From Acidimicrobiia bacterium (GTDB lineage: Bacteria; Actinomycetota; Acidimicrobiia; Spongiisociales; ZC4RG35): DNA of 64,000 nt. The stretch is taken from contig DASTOM010000031.1 of NCBI GenBank assembly GCA_035762545.1, positions 4,125 to 68,124 on the forward strand. Direction: 5' to 3'. The notes beneath the pieces are model-generated. The model saw only the letters and a program-made list of their open reading frames with translations, was not told the DNA's origin and ran no database searches. The translations under genes and the position numbers were made by a program. Positions 8,752-17,749 of this stretch are shown here, in pieces (positions within the stretch are counted from its first letter, which is position 1; the number at the start of each line of letters is the position of its first letter).

Positions 8752-10109
8752 CCGGATCTCCGGGCGAAGGGCTCGGGATCGAACAGGTCGGCCGGAAGCC
8801 GGATTCCCTGGTTCTCCAACTCTTCGGAGAAGGTGGGGCGGATTCCGGTGGCCTTGAGGCGGCCATTGTACCGCCCGTCGTCGTCGACACCCATTCCATA
8901 GTCGAAGAGGAACAGATCCTGGAGGGTGATGATCTCGCCCTCCATGCCCTCGACCTCGGTGACGTGGGTCACACGACGGGTTCCGTCCTTGAGACGGGCG
9001 ACGTGGACGATGAGGTCGACAGCGGAGCTGATCTGCTCACGGATGGCCCGGACCGGGAGGTCGAAGCCCGCCATGAGCACCATCGTCTCGATACGAGAGA
9101 GGGTGTCACGAGGAGAGTTGGAGTGAACGGTGGTCAATGATCCGTCATGACCGGTGTTCATCGCCTGCAACATGTCGAGGGCGGCGGCGTCACGAACCTC
9201 ACCAACGACGATGCGGTCGGGCCGCATACGCAAGGTGTTCTTGACGAGGTCACGGATGGTCACCATTCCCATGCCTTCGATGTTGGCGGGGCGTGACTCC
9301 AGGGTGAGGACATGATCCTGGTGGAGCTGGAGCTCGGCAGCGTCCTCCACGGTGATGATGCGCTCGTCGCCGGGGATGTACGCCGACACCACGTTGAGGG
9401 TGGTCGTCTTGCCGGAACCGGTACCACCGGATATCAGGACGTTGAGACGACCACGGACACAGGCACGAAGGAAGTCGGCCACACGCTGGGTCATGGTCCC
9501 GAAGTTGATCAGGTCGGCTTCCTGGTACGGGTCGACGGCGAACTTACGAATCGTCAGGTACGGGCCACCGATCGCCAGAGGAGCGATGATGGCGTTGACA
9601 CGGGAGCCGTCAGGGAGACGGGCATCGACCATCGGGGTGGCCTCGTCAACACGACGACCGATCTGACCCACGATCTTGTCGATGATCCTGCGAAGGTGAA
9701 CCTCGTCCACGAAGCGGACATCGGACTTGAGGATGCGGCCGGCCTTCTCGTAGTAGATGTCGTATGGCCCATTGGCCATGACCTCGGTTATGTCCGGATC
9801 ATTGAGCAGCGGGTCGATCGGTCCGTACCCGAGAACGTCGGATGCGATCTCGTTGAGCAGAGCGCGACGGTCAGCGGAGGTGAGGGGAAGCCCCTGCTCC
9901 TGGTCGACTGCCCATTCCAGCATCTCGAGGACGCGGAGACGAAGCTCGGCGTCGGACATGCCTCTGTCATACAGCGTCGGTCCGAGCTCCTCGACGACCT
10001 TGAAATGCAGACGACCCCGAAGCTCGCTCATCGCATCGTTGCGAGTGATCGTGGAATCGGATGACTCGGTCTGCCTCGCTGCTGCGACTCTTTCAGATAG
10101 TGACGGCAC
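8748..10109 (-). CDS. cpaF: Tad pilus assembly ATPase CpaF/TadA (VirB11/GspE superfamily)
   Basis: 453 aa, Walker A LISGGTGSGKTTTLN, and the Asp/His boxes and length are typical of CpaF. Confidence 0.9.
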   Translation of the reverse strand: MPSLSERVAAARQTESSDSTITRNDAMSELRGRLHFKVVEELGPTLYDRGMSDAELRLRVLEMLEWAVDQEQGLPLTSADRRALLNEIASDVLGYGPIDPLLNDPDITEVMANGPYDIYYEKAGRILKSDVRFVDEVHLRRIIDKIVGQIGRRVDEATPMVDARLPDGSRVNAIIAPLAIGGPYLTIRKFAVDPYQEADLINFGTMTQRVADFLRACVRGRLNVLISGGTGSGKTTTLNVVSAYIPGDERIITVEDAAELQLHQDHVLTLESRPANIEGMGMVTIRDLVKNTLRMRPDRIVVGEVRDAAALDMLQAMNTGHDGSLTTVHSNSPRDTLSRIETMVLMAGFDLPVRAIREQISSAVDLIVHVARLKDGTRRVTHVTEVEGMEGEIITLQDLFLFDYGMGVDDDGRYNGRLKATGIRPTFSEELENQGIRLPADLFDPEPFARRSG

Positions 10110-10123
10110 TGGTAGTCCCTTCC

Positions 10124-11311
10124 CTACTTCCGCCCGAATAGCCCGGACTTGGTTTGTGCCTCAGGCACCTTTCCGGCGATCAGTTCGGCGACGGACTCGA
10201 AGCCCTTGGCCACCTTGGACTTTGGATCGGTCTCTACGACCGGGCGACCTTCGTTCACTGATGCTGCAACCACTGCATCTGACGGTATCGACGCTGCGAT
10301 CCCCATCTTTAGGGCGCCTTCGATTTCCTTGTTGTCCAACTTCGCCTTGGAGTTAGAACGATTCATGACGAGCTGGACGTTCGACGTCGAGAACTTCAGA
10401 AGTCTCAGCGTCTCGAGGGCCAGTTTGGCGTTCTTGACGGACGGCAAGTCCATGTCCACCAGCATCAAGATCTCGTCCGACTTCTCGATGAGAGACAGGA
10501 TCAACTCGTCGAGCATCGCCGCGGTGTCGACGATGATGTAGTCGTAATTCTCCCGAAGGACTTCAAGCATCATCATGAGACCCGCGGTCGTGATGTCGTC
10601 TGCGAAGGCCGGCTCCAGCGGAGCCGCCAGGACCTTGAGCCCGCTCGGGTGCTCGGTGAGGAGCGAGTCGAGCAACTCGGCGTCGAGATGATGGAGCTCA
10701 TGGGCCGCATTCACCATCGTGAACCGTGGCTCCAACTGCAAGACGAGACATACGTCACCGAACTGGAGGTCGGCGTCGACCAGACAGACTTTGGTGTCCG
10801 GGAATCGGTTGAGGACCAGAGCCATGTTGGTGGCGAGGACCGTTTTTCCGCTCCCGCCCTTGGCCGAAGTGACGGTGATGATCTTGCCCTTACCCTTGGA
10901 CGTTGGCGCTTCGGGTGTGGAGGTTGGCCGTGTCGACTGCCTGTTGAGCACGTCATGGGCGAATTGCTCGATGGCCGCCTCGATCTTGGCCTCGTCGAGA
11001 GGCGCCTCGATCACGTCGGAGACACCGGCTCTCATTCCCTTGCGGAGAAGGTCCGCCGTCACCTCTTCGGCGACGAGCATGAGAATGAGACCGGGATCCT
11101 GGTTGTGCAGCATCCGGATGTCATCCATCGCCTGATCGTCCCCGTATGAAGGACCGATCAGCACCATGCGTACGTCACCCGACGCAACGGTCTGACTGGC
11201 CTCCTCCAGGGAGCGCGCAACCGGCAGGCTCCCGTCGAAAAGCGTCTTGGCGCTGGCGACGAACTCGTCTTCCTGGTCGACTACCAGGAGGTTGTGCTCG
11301 GCGATTGACAT
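10124..11311 (-). CDS. cpaE: TadZ/CpaE: pseudo-receiver domain fused to a MinD/ParA-like ATPase
   Basis: N-terminal REC-like fold lacking the phospho-acceptor Asp (LIGPSYGDD). Deviant Walker A SAKGGSGKT. The ATG at 11311 has a GAAGG Shine-Dalgarno; the first 44 codons of the longer ORF overlap cpaB and were rejected. Confidence 0.8.
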   Translation of the reverse strand: MSIAEHNLLVVDQEDEFVASAKTLFDGSLPVARSLEEASQTVASGDVRMVLIGPSYGDDQAMDDIRMLHNQDPGLILMLVAEEVTADLLRKGMRAGVSDVIEAPLDEAKIEAAIEQFAHDVLNRQSTRPTSTPEAPTSKGKGKIITVTSAKGGSGKTVLATNMALVLNRFPDTKVCLVDADLQFGDVCLVLQLEPRFTMVNAAHELHHLDAELLDSLLTEHPSGLKVLAAPLEPAFADDITTAGLMMMLEVLRENYDYIIVDTAAMLDELILSLIEKSDEILMLVDMDLPSVKNAKLALETLRLLKFSTSNVQLVMNRSNSKAKLDNKEIEGALKMGIAASIPSDAVVAASVNEGRPVVETDPKSKVAKGFESVAELIAGKVPEAQTKSGLFGRK

Positions 11312-11324
11312 TGATCTTTGCCTT

Positions 11325-12254
11325 CTAGCTGTCGGGGAAGATCGCCTCGGCGAGGTCGCCACCGAACAGGTTATCGATGGTGACGCCGTCGGTTTCGATC
11401 TCAACGAAGTCTTGCGGTACCAGGGTAAGCCACACCGAGCCATTCTCGAAGGCGTAGACGATGCGCTCGGCCTGATCCGGTGTCACCTCGAGCGTGAAGA
11501 TCGTGGAGTTGCCCGTGTCCTCGGGCTCCTCGCCTTCAACCGCTGCATCCGTACCGGTCGGATCTGCTGCGTCGACCTGGCCGGTCTGATCCTCGTCCTC
11601 TTCCACCCGAACTTCGCGGCCGGCTGCCAGGACGTTGATGCCCTGCAACACGTAGCGGGTGTATGTGACGACGACGGTCTCGGTCTCTTCGGTCGGCGCT
11701 CCCTCCCCGGTGGTCGGATCGGGGAGTGTCGGCAGACCCTCGACGGGGATGTTGTCGAACTCGAGATCCACCGTGATGATCATGTTGATCCGGTCACCGG
11801 CCTCGACGAATCCATTGATTCCCTGGACGTCCGAAGTCGAGATGGTGATGGCCTGGTTGCCCGACGAGATCGACTCTGACAGCGGTCTCACGTCGACTGA
11901 GATCTCGGTCCACTGGCTCCGGGTCAGAATGGCCCGGGGCGAGATCGGTCCTGCGGCGATCTTGCCGGAGAGGAAGGTGCGAAGCTCTTCCTCGGATTGG
12001 ATGGCGTCGAGCGGGGTGTCCTCGGCCTCGTCCGTGCCCTCTTCGATGAGAGTGCCTTCGTTGTTGAAGTCGGAAACGAGGATCGCGCCCTCGGTGCCCT
12101 CCGCAATGCCTTCGGTGCCGGCGCGGAACACAGTGACCTGCTGTTGTCCTTCCCGCTCTACGTCGCGGACGTTCTGCATGAAGTTCCAGACCGCCCAGGC
12201 GGCCAATCCGGCCAATATCAAGGCCACTAGAAGAACGATGGCTCTCCTACCCAT
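11325..12254 (-). CDS. cpaB: Flp pilus assembly protein CpaB/RcpC
   Basis: 309 aa, N-terminal TM anchor (IVLLVALILAGLAAWAVW), acidic low-complexity central region, and first gene of the minus-strand Tad operon. Confidence 0.75.
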   Translation of the reverse strand: MGRRAIVLLVALILAGLAAWAVWNFMQNVRDVEREGQQQVTVFRAGTEGIAEGTEGAILVSDFNNEGTLIEEGTDEAEDTPLDAIQSEEELRTFLSGKIAAGPISPRAILTRSQWTEISVDVRPLSESISSGNQAITISTSDVQGINGFVEAGDRINMIITVDLEFDNIPVEGLPTLPDPTTGEGAPTEETETVVVTYTRYVLQGINVLAAGREVRVEEDEDQTGQVDAADPTGTDAAVEGEEPEDTGNSTIFTLEVTPDQAERIVYAFENGSVWLTLVPQDFVEIETDGVTIDNLFGGDLAEAIFPDS

Positions 12255-12450
12255 TGAGTCCCCTTCGGTTGTCCCCTTCCTTACTCATCGCACTTGCCGC
12301 GAGGAGGGGGAGGGCATAGTACCGGCGGGACAGAGCCCGCCGAGTCTTTCAGGTTCAGTAACACAAGTGATTGTCGGACCTGCAGTCCCCAGTCTTGAGA
12401 TTTTCGCCCATAAATCTATGGGCACATCGGCCTACTACCAAGGACCAATG

Positions 12451-12484
12451 GAAAGCCCCCGCCGCTTGGCGAACGGGGGCTTTC
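12451..12484. terminator. Hairpin terminator downstream of rpsA, shared with the divergent cpaB upstream region
   Basis: GAAAGCCCCCG-ccgcttggcgaa-CGGGGGCTTTC, an 11-bp perfect stem directly after the rpsA stop. Confidence 0.5.
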
Positions 12485-12507
12485 AACGTTTCAGGACGAG
12501 GCTCCGC

Positions 12508-14052
12508 CTAGCGGCGACCGATGCCTCGCTCCTTGAGTTCCTTCAGGATCGCCTCGAGCGAAGCGTCGACCGGCATAGGCGGACGCTCCTCGGCCTCAGC
12601 TCCGAACTCACGCTCGAATTCACGCTGCTGGCGACGTGGCTTCTTCGGGCTCTCGGTCTCGGCGGCCCGCTCCTTGTAGTCCGGTAGGGCCTGCTTGATG
12701 GACAGCGACACCCGGCGACGCTCGTCGTCCTTCTCGGTGATCTTGACCTTCACGGTCTGACCTATGGACAGCTCGAGCTCGGGTGACTCCACCCGGTGCA
12801 CGGCGATCTCGGACACGTGGACGAGGCCCTCCACTCCGTCGGCCACCGCCACGAACGCCCCGAAGGGAACGGTCTTGGTGACCTGGCCGTCGACGACGTC
12901 TCCGACTTCGTTGTCATTGGCGAAGACATCCCACGGGTCCTCCGTCGTCTGACGGATCGACAGGGAGATGCGCTCACGATCGCGGTCGACCTCGAGCACC
13001 TTGACCTTGACCTCGTCGCCCACCTTCACCAGCTCGCTGGGATGGTTGACGTGCTGCCAGGAGAGCTCGGACACGTGGACCAAACCATCCATGCCGCCCA
13101 GGTCGACGAAGGCGCCGAAATTCACCACGGACGAGACAGTGCCGTCCCGGATCTCACCCTCGTGGAGGTTGTCGAGGAACTCGGTGCGCTCCTCGGCGAG
13201 AGCCTCTTCGAGATGGGCCCGGCGGGAGAGAACGACGTTGTTGCGGGCACGATCGAGCTCGATGACCTTGGCGGTGATCGTGTCGCCGATGAACGGATCG
13301 AGATCGCGTACACGTCGGAGATCGACGAGCGATGCGGGGAGGAAGCCACGAAGGCCTATGTCGACGATGAGGCCACCCTTGACCACCTCGATGACCGTCC
13401 CCTCGACTGTTCCGTCCTGGTCGGCGACCTTCTGAATCTGACCCCAGGCACGTTCGTACATGGCGCGTTTCTTCGAGAGGATGAGACGACCCTCGTCGTC
13501 CTCCTTGTCCAGTACCACCGATTCGACCCGGTCCCCCACCTTCACGGTCTCCTCGGGGTCGATGTTGTTGCGAATCGACAGTTCCCGGGTGGGGATGAAT
13601 CCCTCCGACTTGTATCCGATGTCGACGAGTGCACCTTCGGAATCGACGTTGACGATGGTGCCCTCGACGATGTCCCCTTCACGGAATTCGAGGACGGTGG
13701 CCGCGATGGCCTTCTCGAAATCGTCGCCGATGTCGTCGGGGAGGTCGCTCAGATCGGGGGCGACCAGCGCCTCACGCTCGACGAATCTGGGCGGATCGGC
13801 GTCCTCGGAAGCTTCGGGATCCTCGGCGGGCGCGGCCCCTTCTGCTGGGGGTGCGGATGCGTCGGCGGTGGCGGCCTCGGCAGTGTTGGCCTCGGGGTCT
13901 TCCGCGGGGGGAGCCTCTGCGGCGGGCTCCTCGGTGCTGGCTGCTCCTTCGACGACGTCTACCGCGTCGTCAGCGGCCGGGGTCTCGGGCGTCTCCACCG
14001 TCTCCTCTATGTCTGGAGCGGCTACGGACGCGTTTTCTTGGGGGTTGGACAT
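12508..14052 (-). CDS. rpsA: 30S ribosomal protein S1 with an N-terminal Ala/Glu/Pro-rich acidic extension
   Basis: Multiple S1 repeats (GDIVEGTIVNVD..GALVDIG.., GTVIEVVKGGLIVDIG.., IRDGTVSSVVNFGAFVDLGG.., VVDGQVTKTVPFGAFVAV..). The start at 14052 is ATG (MSNPQEN) with an AGAGG Shine-Dalgarno upstream. Confidence 0.85.
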   Translation of the reverse strand: MSNPQENASVAAPDIEETVETPETPAADDAVDVVEGAASTEEPAAEAPPAEDPEANTAEAATADASAPPAEGAAPAEDPEASEDADPPRFVEREALVAPDLSDLPDDIGDDFEKAIAATVLEFREGDIVEGTIVNVDSEGALVDIGYKSEGFIPTRELSIRNNIDPEETVKVGDRVESVVLDKEDDEGRLILSKKRAMYERAWGQIQKVADQDGTVEGTVIEVVKGGLIVDIGLRGFLPASLVDLRRVRDLDPFIGDTITAKVIELDRARNNVVLSRRAHLEEALAEERTEFLDNLHEGEIRDGTVSSVVNFGAFVDLGGMDGLVHVSELSWQHVNHPSELVKVGDEVKVKVLEVDRDRERISLSIRQTTEDPWDVFANDNEVGDVVDGQVTKTVPFGAFVAVADGVEGLVHVSEIAVHRVESPELELSIGQTVKVKITEKDDERRRVSLSIKQALPDYKERAAETESPKKPRRQQREFEREFGAEAEERPPMPVDASLEAILKELKERGIGRR

Positions 14053-14213
14053 GTGTGGGTAGTTACCTCTTGGGAAGATACTCTGCCGACGCGAACGGCT
14101 GGCAGGCACTTCGAAGTGTACGCAGTACCAGCGTTTTTCGCCAACCTGTTTCTAGAAATCAGCATTGACGGGCGTCAGCTCCGTTCTCCGGCCGTCAGAG
14201 CTGTCGGCGTCGT

Positions 14214-16823
14214 TCAGACCTTCACCGCGGCCAAGTCCGGTCCCCAGGCAACGTCGACTCGCAGGGGGACGTCGAGGCCGGTGACTCCCTCCATTGTCTC
14301 CACCACCAGCTTCTCTGCGATGACCTTTTCATCCTCGGGCACTTCGAGGATCAGCTCGTCGTGGATCTGAAGGAGCAGCGTCGTCGCCAGCTTCTCGTTT
14401 CTCAGTTCGGCGTCGAGCTCGATCATCGCAGCCTTGATGATGTCGGCGGCAGTGCCCTGGACCGGTGCGTTGAGCGCCATCCGCTCTCCCATCTGTCTGA
14501 TCCGGAAATTGTCCGATTTCAGCTCGGGTAGATAACGACGTCGCCCGAACAAGGTCGTGGTGTAGCCCTGGTTCCGGGCGAGGGTCACCACAGAGGACAT
14601 GTACTCCTTCACATGGTGGAACTGGGAGAAGTAGGCGTCGATGTGGTCTTTCGCCTCGTCACGGCTGATGCCGAGCCGATCGGCCAGCCCGAAGGCCTCC
14701 ATTCCATATAGGAGGCCGAAGTTGATCATCTTCGCCGTGCGACGCTGGTCGGCGGTGACCTCGTCGGGCGGGATGTCCCAGACCCGTGCGGCGGTTGCCG
14801 TGTGGATGTCGAGACCCTGCTGGAAGGCGTCGATCAGAAAAGGGTCGCCGCTCATGTGGGCGAGGACCCGGAGTTCGATCTGGGAGTAGTCGGCGACGAG
14901 GAACTCGCTCCCCTTCCCGGCGATGAAGGCTCGGCGGATGGTCCGCCCCGACTCGGAGCGCACCGGGATGTTCTGGAGGTTGGGGCTGTCCGACGAGAGT
15001 CGACCCGTCGTGGCAGCCATCTGATTGAACCGGGTGCGGATCCGACCGTCCCCATCCACCAGGGGCAGGTAGCCGTCGACGTACGTGGAGCGCAGTTTCT
15101 CCAGCTCCCGGTACTCGAGTAGGGCGGTGACCAACGGGTGGTCCAGCTTCTTCAGCACCGATGCGTCGGTTGACGGCTTGCCGGTGGACGTCTTTTTGAG
15201 GACAGGCAATTCGAGTTGGTCGTACAGGATCGAGCGGAGCTGGTCGGTCGAATTGACGTTGAAGGGCTCGCCGGCGAGCTCGTGGAGCTGTTTCTCCAGG
15301 GCCGCCAGCTTGATGCGGAGGTCGTCACCCATCTGTTCCAGGTACGCCCGGTCGACGCCGATCCCGGCGTGCTCCATCCGGGCGAGCACCGGTACCAGAG
15401 GTAGCTCATAGGTCTCGAACAGGTCCAGCTCCTCGCGCACGGCCAGCTCGTCGTGGAGCTCGTCGACCAGCCTGCGCACCGCCTCGACGCGCCGGCCCTC
15501 TAGATCGACGTCGGGGCCTTCGTCGAACGGGAGCATGCCATCGGTGTTCTCGTCGTCCGGAGACACCAGCTCGAGACCGAGGACCCGCTCGGCGATCTCC
15601 TCGAGGTCGTAGGTGCGCTGGCTCGGGTTGATGATGTATGAGGCCAGGGCGGTGTCCATCTCGGGATTGGTGAGGTCGTGGCCGCGGTCGAGCAGCACTC
15701 TCGCCAGCGCCTTCAGATCGTGACCGGCCACCGCGATCTCCCCTGTCGACACCCGGTCCAGAATCGGGTCAGCGGCGCCGAAGGGGATGATCTGTGCCTC
15801 CCCCTCACCAACCGACACGGCGAGCCCGTACGGCTCGCCCCCCTCGTTGACCAAACCGAGGACGAGACGGTCTCGCTCGGCGAGCGCCGCGACCCGGTCT
15901 GCGGTAGTGACGAGTTCGGAGGAGACATCGAGAACCTCCGTAGCGCCGCCGGTGGATGGCAACGCCTCCTCGAGATCGCTCCACATCGTGTGGAACTCGA
16001 GACTGTCGAAGAGGTCCTTCACAGTCTTCTTGTCCCACTCGCGGGTCTCGAAGTCACTCGTCCCGTACTCGACCTCGAGATCGGAGACGAGAGCCATCAG
16101 TTGGCGATTGAGGAAGACCTGATCCCGATTGGCGGCCAGATTGTCTCTGAGCCGCGGGGTCTGATCCGCCACGGCTGCGAACACGCCATCGATCGACCCG
16201 TACTCGGCGATGAGCTTGGCCGCGGTCTTCTCCCCGACTCCCGGCACACCAGGGAGGTTGTCGGAGTTGTCCCCGCGGAGCGCGGCGTACTCGACGTACT
16301 GGGCGGGGGTGACCCCATACTTGTCGGTGATCCAATCTGTGTCGGCGAGGACGGTGTCGCTGATCCCCCGGCGCGTGTACAGCACCTTGACCGGACCACC
16401 CACGAGCTGGAAAGCGTCCCGGTCTCCAGTGACTATGAGCACGTCCCAGCCATCACTGGTCGCCCGATTGGTGAGGGTGGCGATGATGTCGTCTGCCTCG
16501 TAACCCTCCATCCGCAACTGGGTGATGTGGAGGGCCTCGAGGACCTCGTCGATGAGCGGGAGCTGGCTCCGAAAGTGATCCGGCGCCTTGTCCCGGTTCG
16601 CCTTGTATTCGGGGTAGGACTCGGTACGGAAGGTCTGACGGGACACGTCCCACGCCACGGCGACGCCTTCGGGGTGATGGTCCTTGATGAGCCGGATCAG
16701 CATCCGTGTGAACCCGAACACCGCATTCGTCACCTGGCCGGACTTGGTCGCCAGATCTTCAGGAAGGGCGTAGAAGGCGCGATAGGCGATGGAGTTCCCG
16801 TCGATCAGCGCAAGCGTGGGCAC
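14214..16823 (-). CDS. polA: DNA polymerase I
   Basis: 869 aa with an N-terminal 5'-3' exonuclease domain (MPTLALIDGNSIAYRAFYAL) and C-terminal family-A polymerase motifs (..RRTAKMINFGLLYGM.., ..LLQIHDELILE..). Confidence 0.92.
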   Translation of the reverse strand: MPTLALIDGNSIAYRAFYALPEDLATKSGQVTNAVFGFTRMLIRLIKDHHPEGVAVAWDVSRQTFRTESYPEYKANRDKAPDHFRSQLPLIDEVLEALHITQLRMEGYEADDIIATLTNRATSDGWDVLIVTGDRDAFQLVGGPVKVLYTRRGISDTVLADTDWITDKYGVTPAQYVEYAALRGDNSDNLPGVPGVGEKTAAKLIAEYGSIDGVFAAVADQTPRLRDNLAANRDQVFLNRQLMALVSDLEVEYGTSDFETREWDKKTVKDLFDSLEFHTMWSDLEEALPSTGGATEVLDVSSELVTTADRVAALAERDRLVLGLVNEGGEPYGLAVSVGEGEAQIIPFGAADPILDRVSTGEIAVAGHDLKALARVLLDRGHDLTNPEMDTALASYIINPSQRTYDLEEIAERVLGLELVSPDDENTDGMLPFDEGPDVDLEGRRVEAVRRLVDELHDELAVREELDLFETYELPLVPVLARMEHAGIGVDRAYLEQMGDDLRIKLAALEKQLHELAGEPFNVNSTDQLRSILYDQLELPVLKKTSTGKPSTDASVLKKLDHPLVTALLEYRELEKLRSTYVDGYLPLVDGDGRIRTRFNQMAATTGRLSSDSPNLQNIPVRSESGRTIRRAFIAGKGSEFLVADYSQIELRVLAHMSGDPFLIDAFQQGLDIHTATAARVWDIPPDEVTADQRRTAKMINFGLLYGMEAFGLADRLGISRDEAKDHIDAYFSQFHHVKEYMSSVVTLARNQGYTTTLFGRRRYLPELKSDNFRIRQMGERMALNAPVQGTAADIIKAAMIELDAELRNEKLATTLLLQIHDELILEVPEDEKVIAEKLVVETMEGVTGLDVPLRVDVAWGPDLAAVKV

Positions 16824-16912
16824 ACGCCGACGGTACTACCTCACCGGGACAGAAAACCGGGCCCGAATCAGTTCCTCGAGGCCGTTGGGGTTCATCGAAC
16901 CGCGCAGAACGG

Positions 16913-17230
16913 TCATGAGCCCAATGTTCCCAGGAGGTGGTCCCGTTTCTCGACCAAGTCGTCGTGTTTGGCGCGCAGTTGGGCGAGGGTCTTCTCGAAG
17001 CGTCGGACGTCGGCGGCGGTGGCGCCGGCCTCCTCGCGGTCGATGTAGTTGCCCACCGTGGCGTCCCGCTGCGCGTCCTCGTTGATCGAGCGGTGATACT
17101 CGAGTTCCGCCGATGTGTGGGCAATCTCCTCTTCGATTCTCGCGATCTTGTCGTTCAGCCGAAAGATGCGACGGTGGACACGTTTCAAACTGGGCTCACC
17201 GTATCCCCAGGGATCGCCTAATCCCTTCAC
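16913..17230 (-). CDS. Small coiled-coil hypothetical protein (about 105 aa)
   Basis: High GC3 and a charged heptad-like sequence (KIARIEEEIAHTSAELEYHRSINEDAQRDA..FEKTLAQLRAKHDDLVEKRDHLL). Only the C-terminal third of the 201-aa ORF looks coding. Candidate GTG start at 17230 has no clear Shine-Dalgarno. Confidence 0.35.
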   Translation of the reverse strand: MKGLGDPWGYGEPSLKRVHRRIFRLNDKIARIEEEIAHTSAELEYHRSINEDAQRDATVGNYIDREEAGATAADVRRFEKTLAQLRAKHDDLVEKRDHLLGTLGS

Positions 17231-17262
17231 AGGACGAAGGATGGCAGGTTGATATCGCTCCC

Positions 17263-17649
17263 TCAGGCACCAACTGCTGAGTTGCCGTCGACTGCGGCCA
17301 ATGCTTCTTCGACGCTGTCGAGACGAGCGGCGAACAACGGCTCGGGGAACACCAGTTCCAGGACCCGCCTGACCTGTGGCGACGGCACCAGATAGATGCG
17401 GATTCCATCGTCGTGCACCAGTCGTTTCCCCTCGATCAAGGCATGCAGGCCGGTCGAATCCATGAAGGTCACGCCGGTGGCATCGACCACCATGTCGGTG
17501 AGGCCCTGCCCGGCGCACTCGGCGAACTTGTCAGTGACCCCGGCGGCTGACGACAGATCGATCTCTCCGCTGAGTCGCATGAGGGCCACACCCTCGCGAA
17601 CCGTCTCGAGACTCGTCTGGAGAATGGTTTCGGACTTGCCCTCGTTCAT
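17263..17649 (-). CDS. STAS-domain anti-sigma-factor antagonist (SpoIIAA/RsbV-like)
   Basis: LMRLSGEIDLSSA...VTFMDSTGLHALIEGKRL, STAS fold with a conserved Ser region, start at the internal ATG (MNEGKSE). Confidence 0.7.
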   Translation of the reverse strand: MNEGKSETILQTSLETVREGVALMRLSGEIDLSSAAGVTDKFAECAGQGLTDMVVDATGVTFMDSTGLHALIEGKRLVHDDGIRIYLVPSPQVRRVLELVFPEPLFAARLDSVEEALAAVDGNSAVGA

Positions 17650-17749
17650 GCGGACCCCCGGGATATCTCCAAAGCTGGCGCCCTTCATCCCGGTCGGGCT
17701 CCTGCAAATGAGCGTAGCAAGCGATGGATCAAGCGGAACCCGAGACCTC

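Noticed and set aside
1768-12254. Tad locus as a recently acquired genomic island
   Set aside because: No integrase, transposase, flanking direct repeats or obvious compositional shift was seen. Only the interruption of conserved synteny supports an accessory origin, so it is reported as a synteny observation rather than a mobile element.
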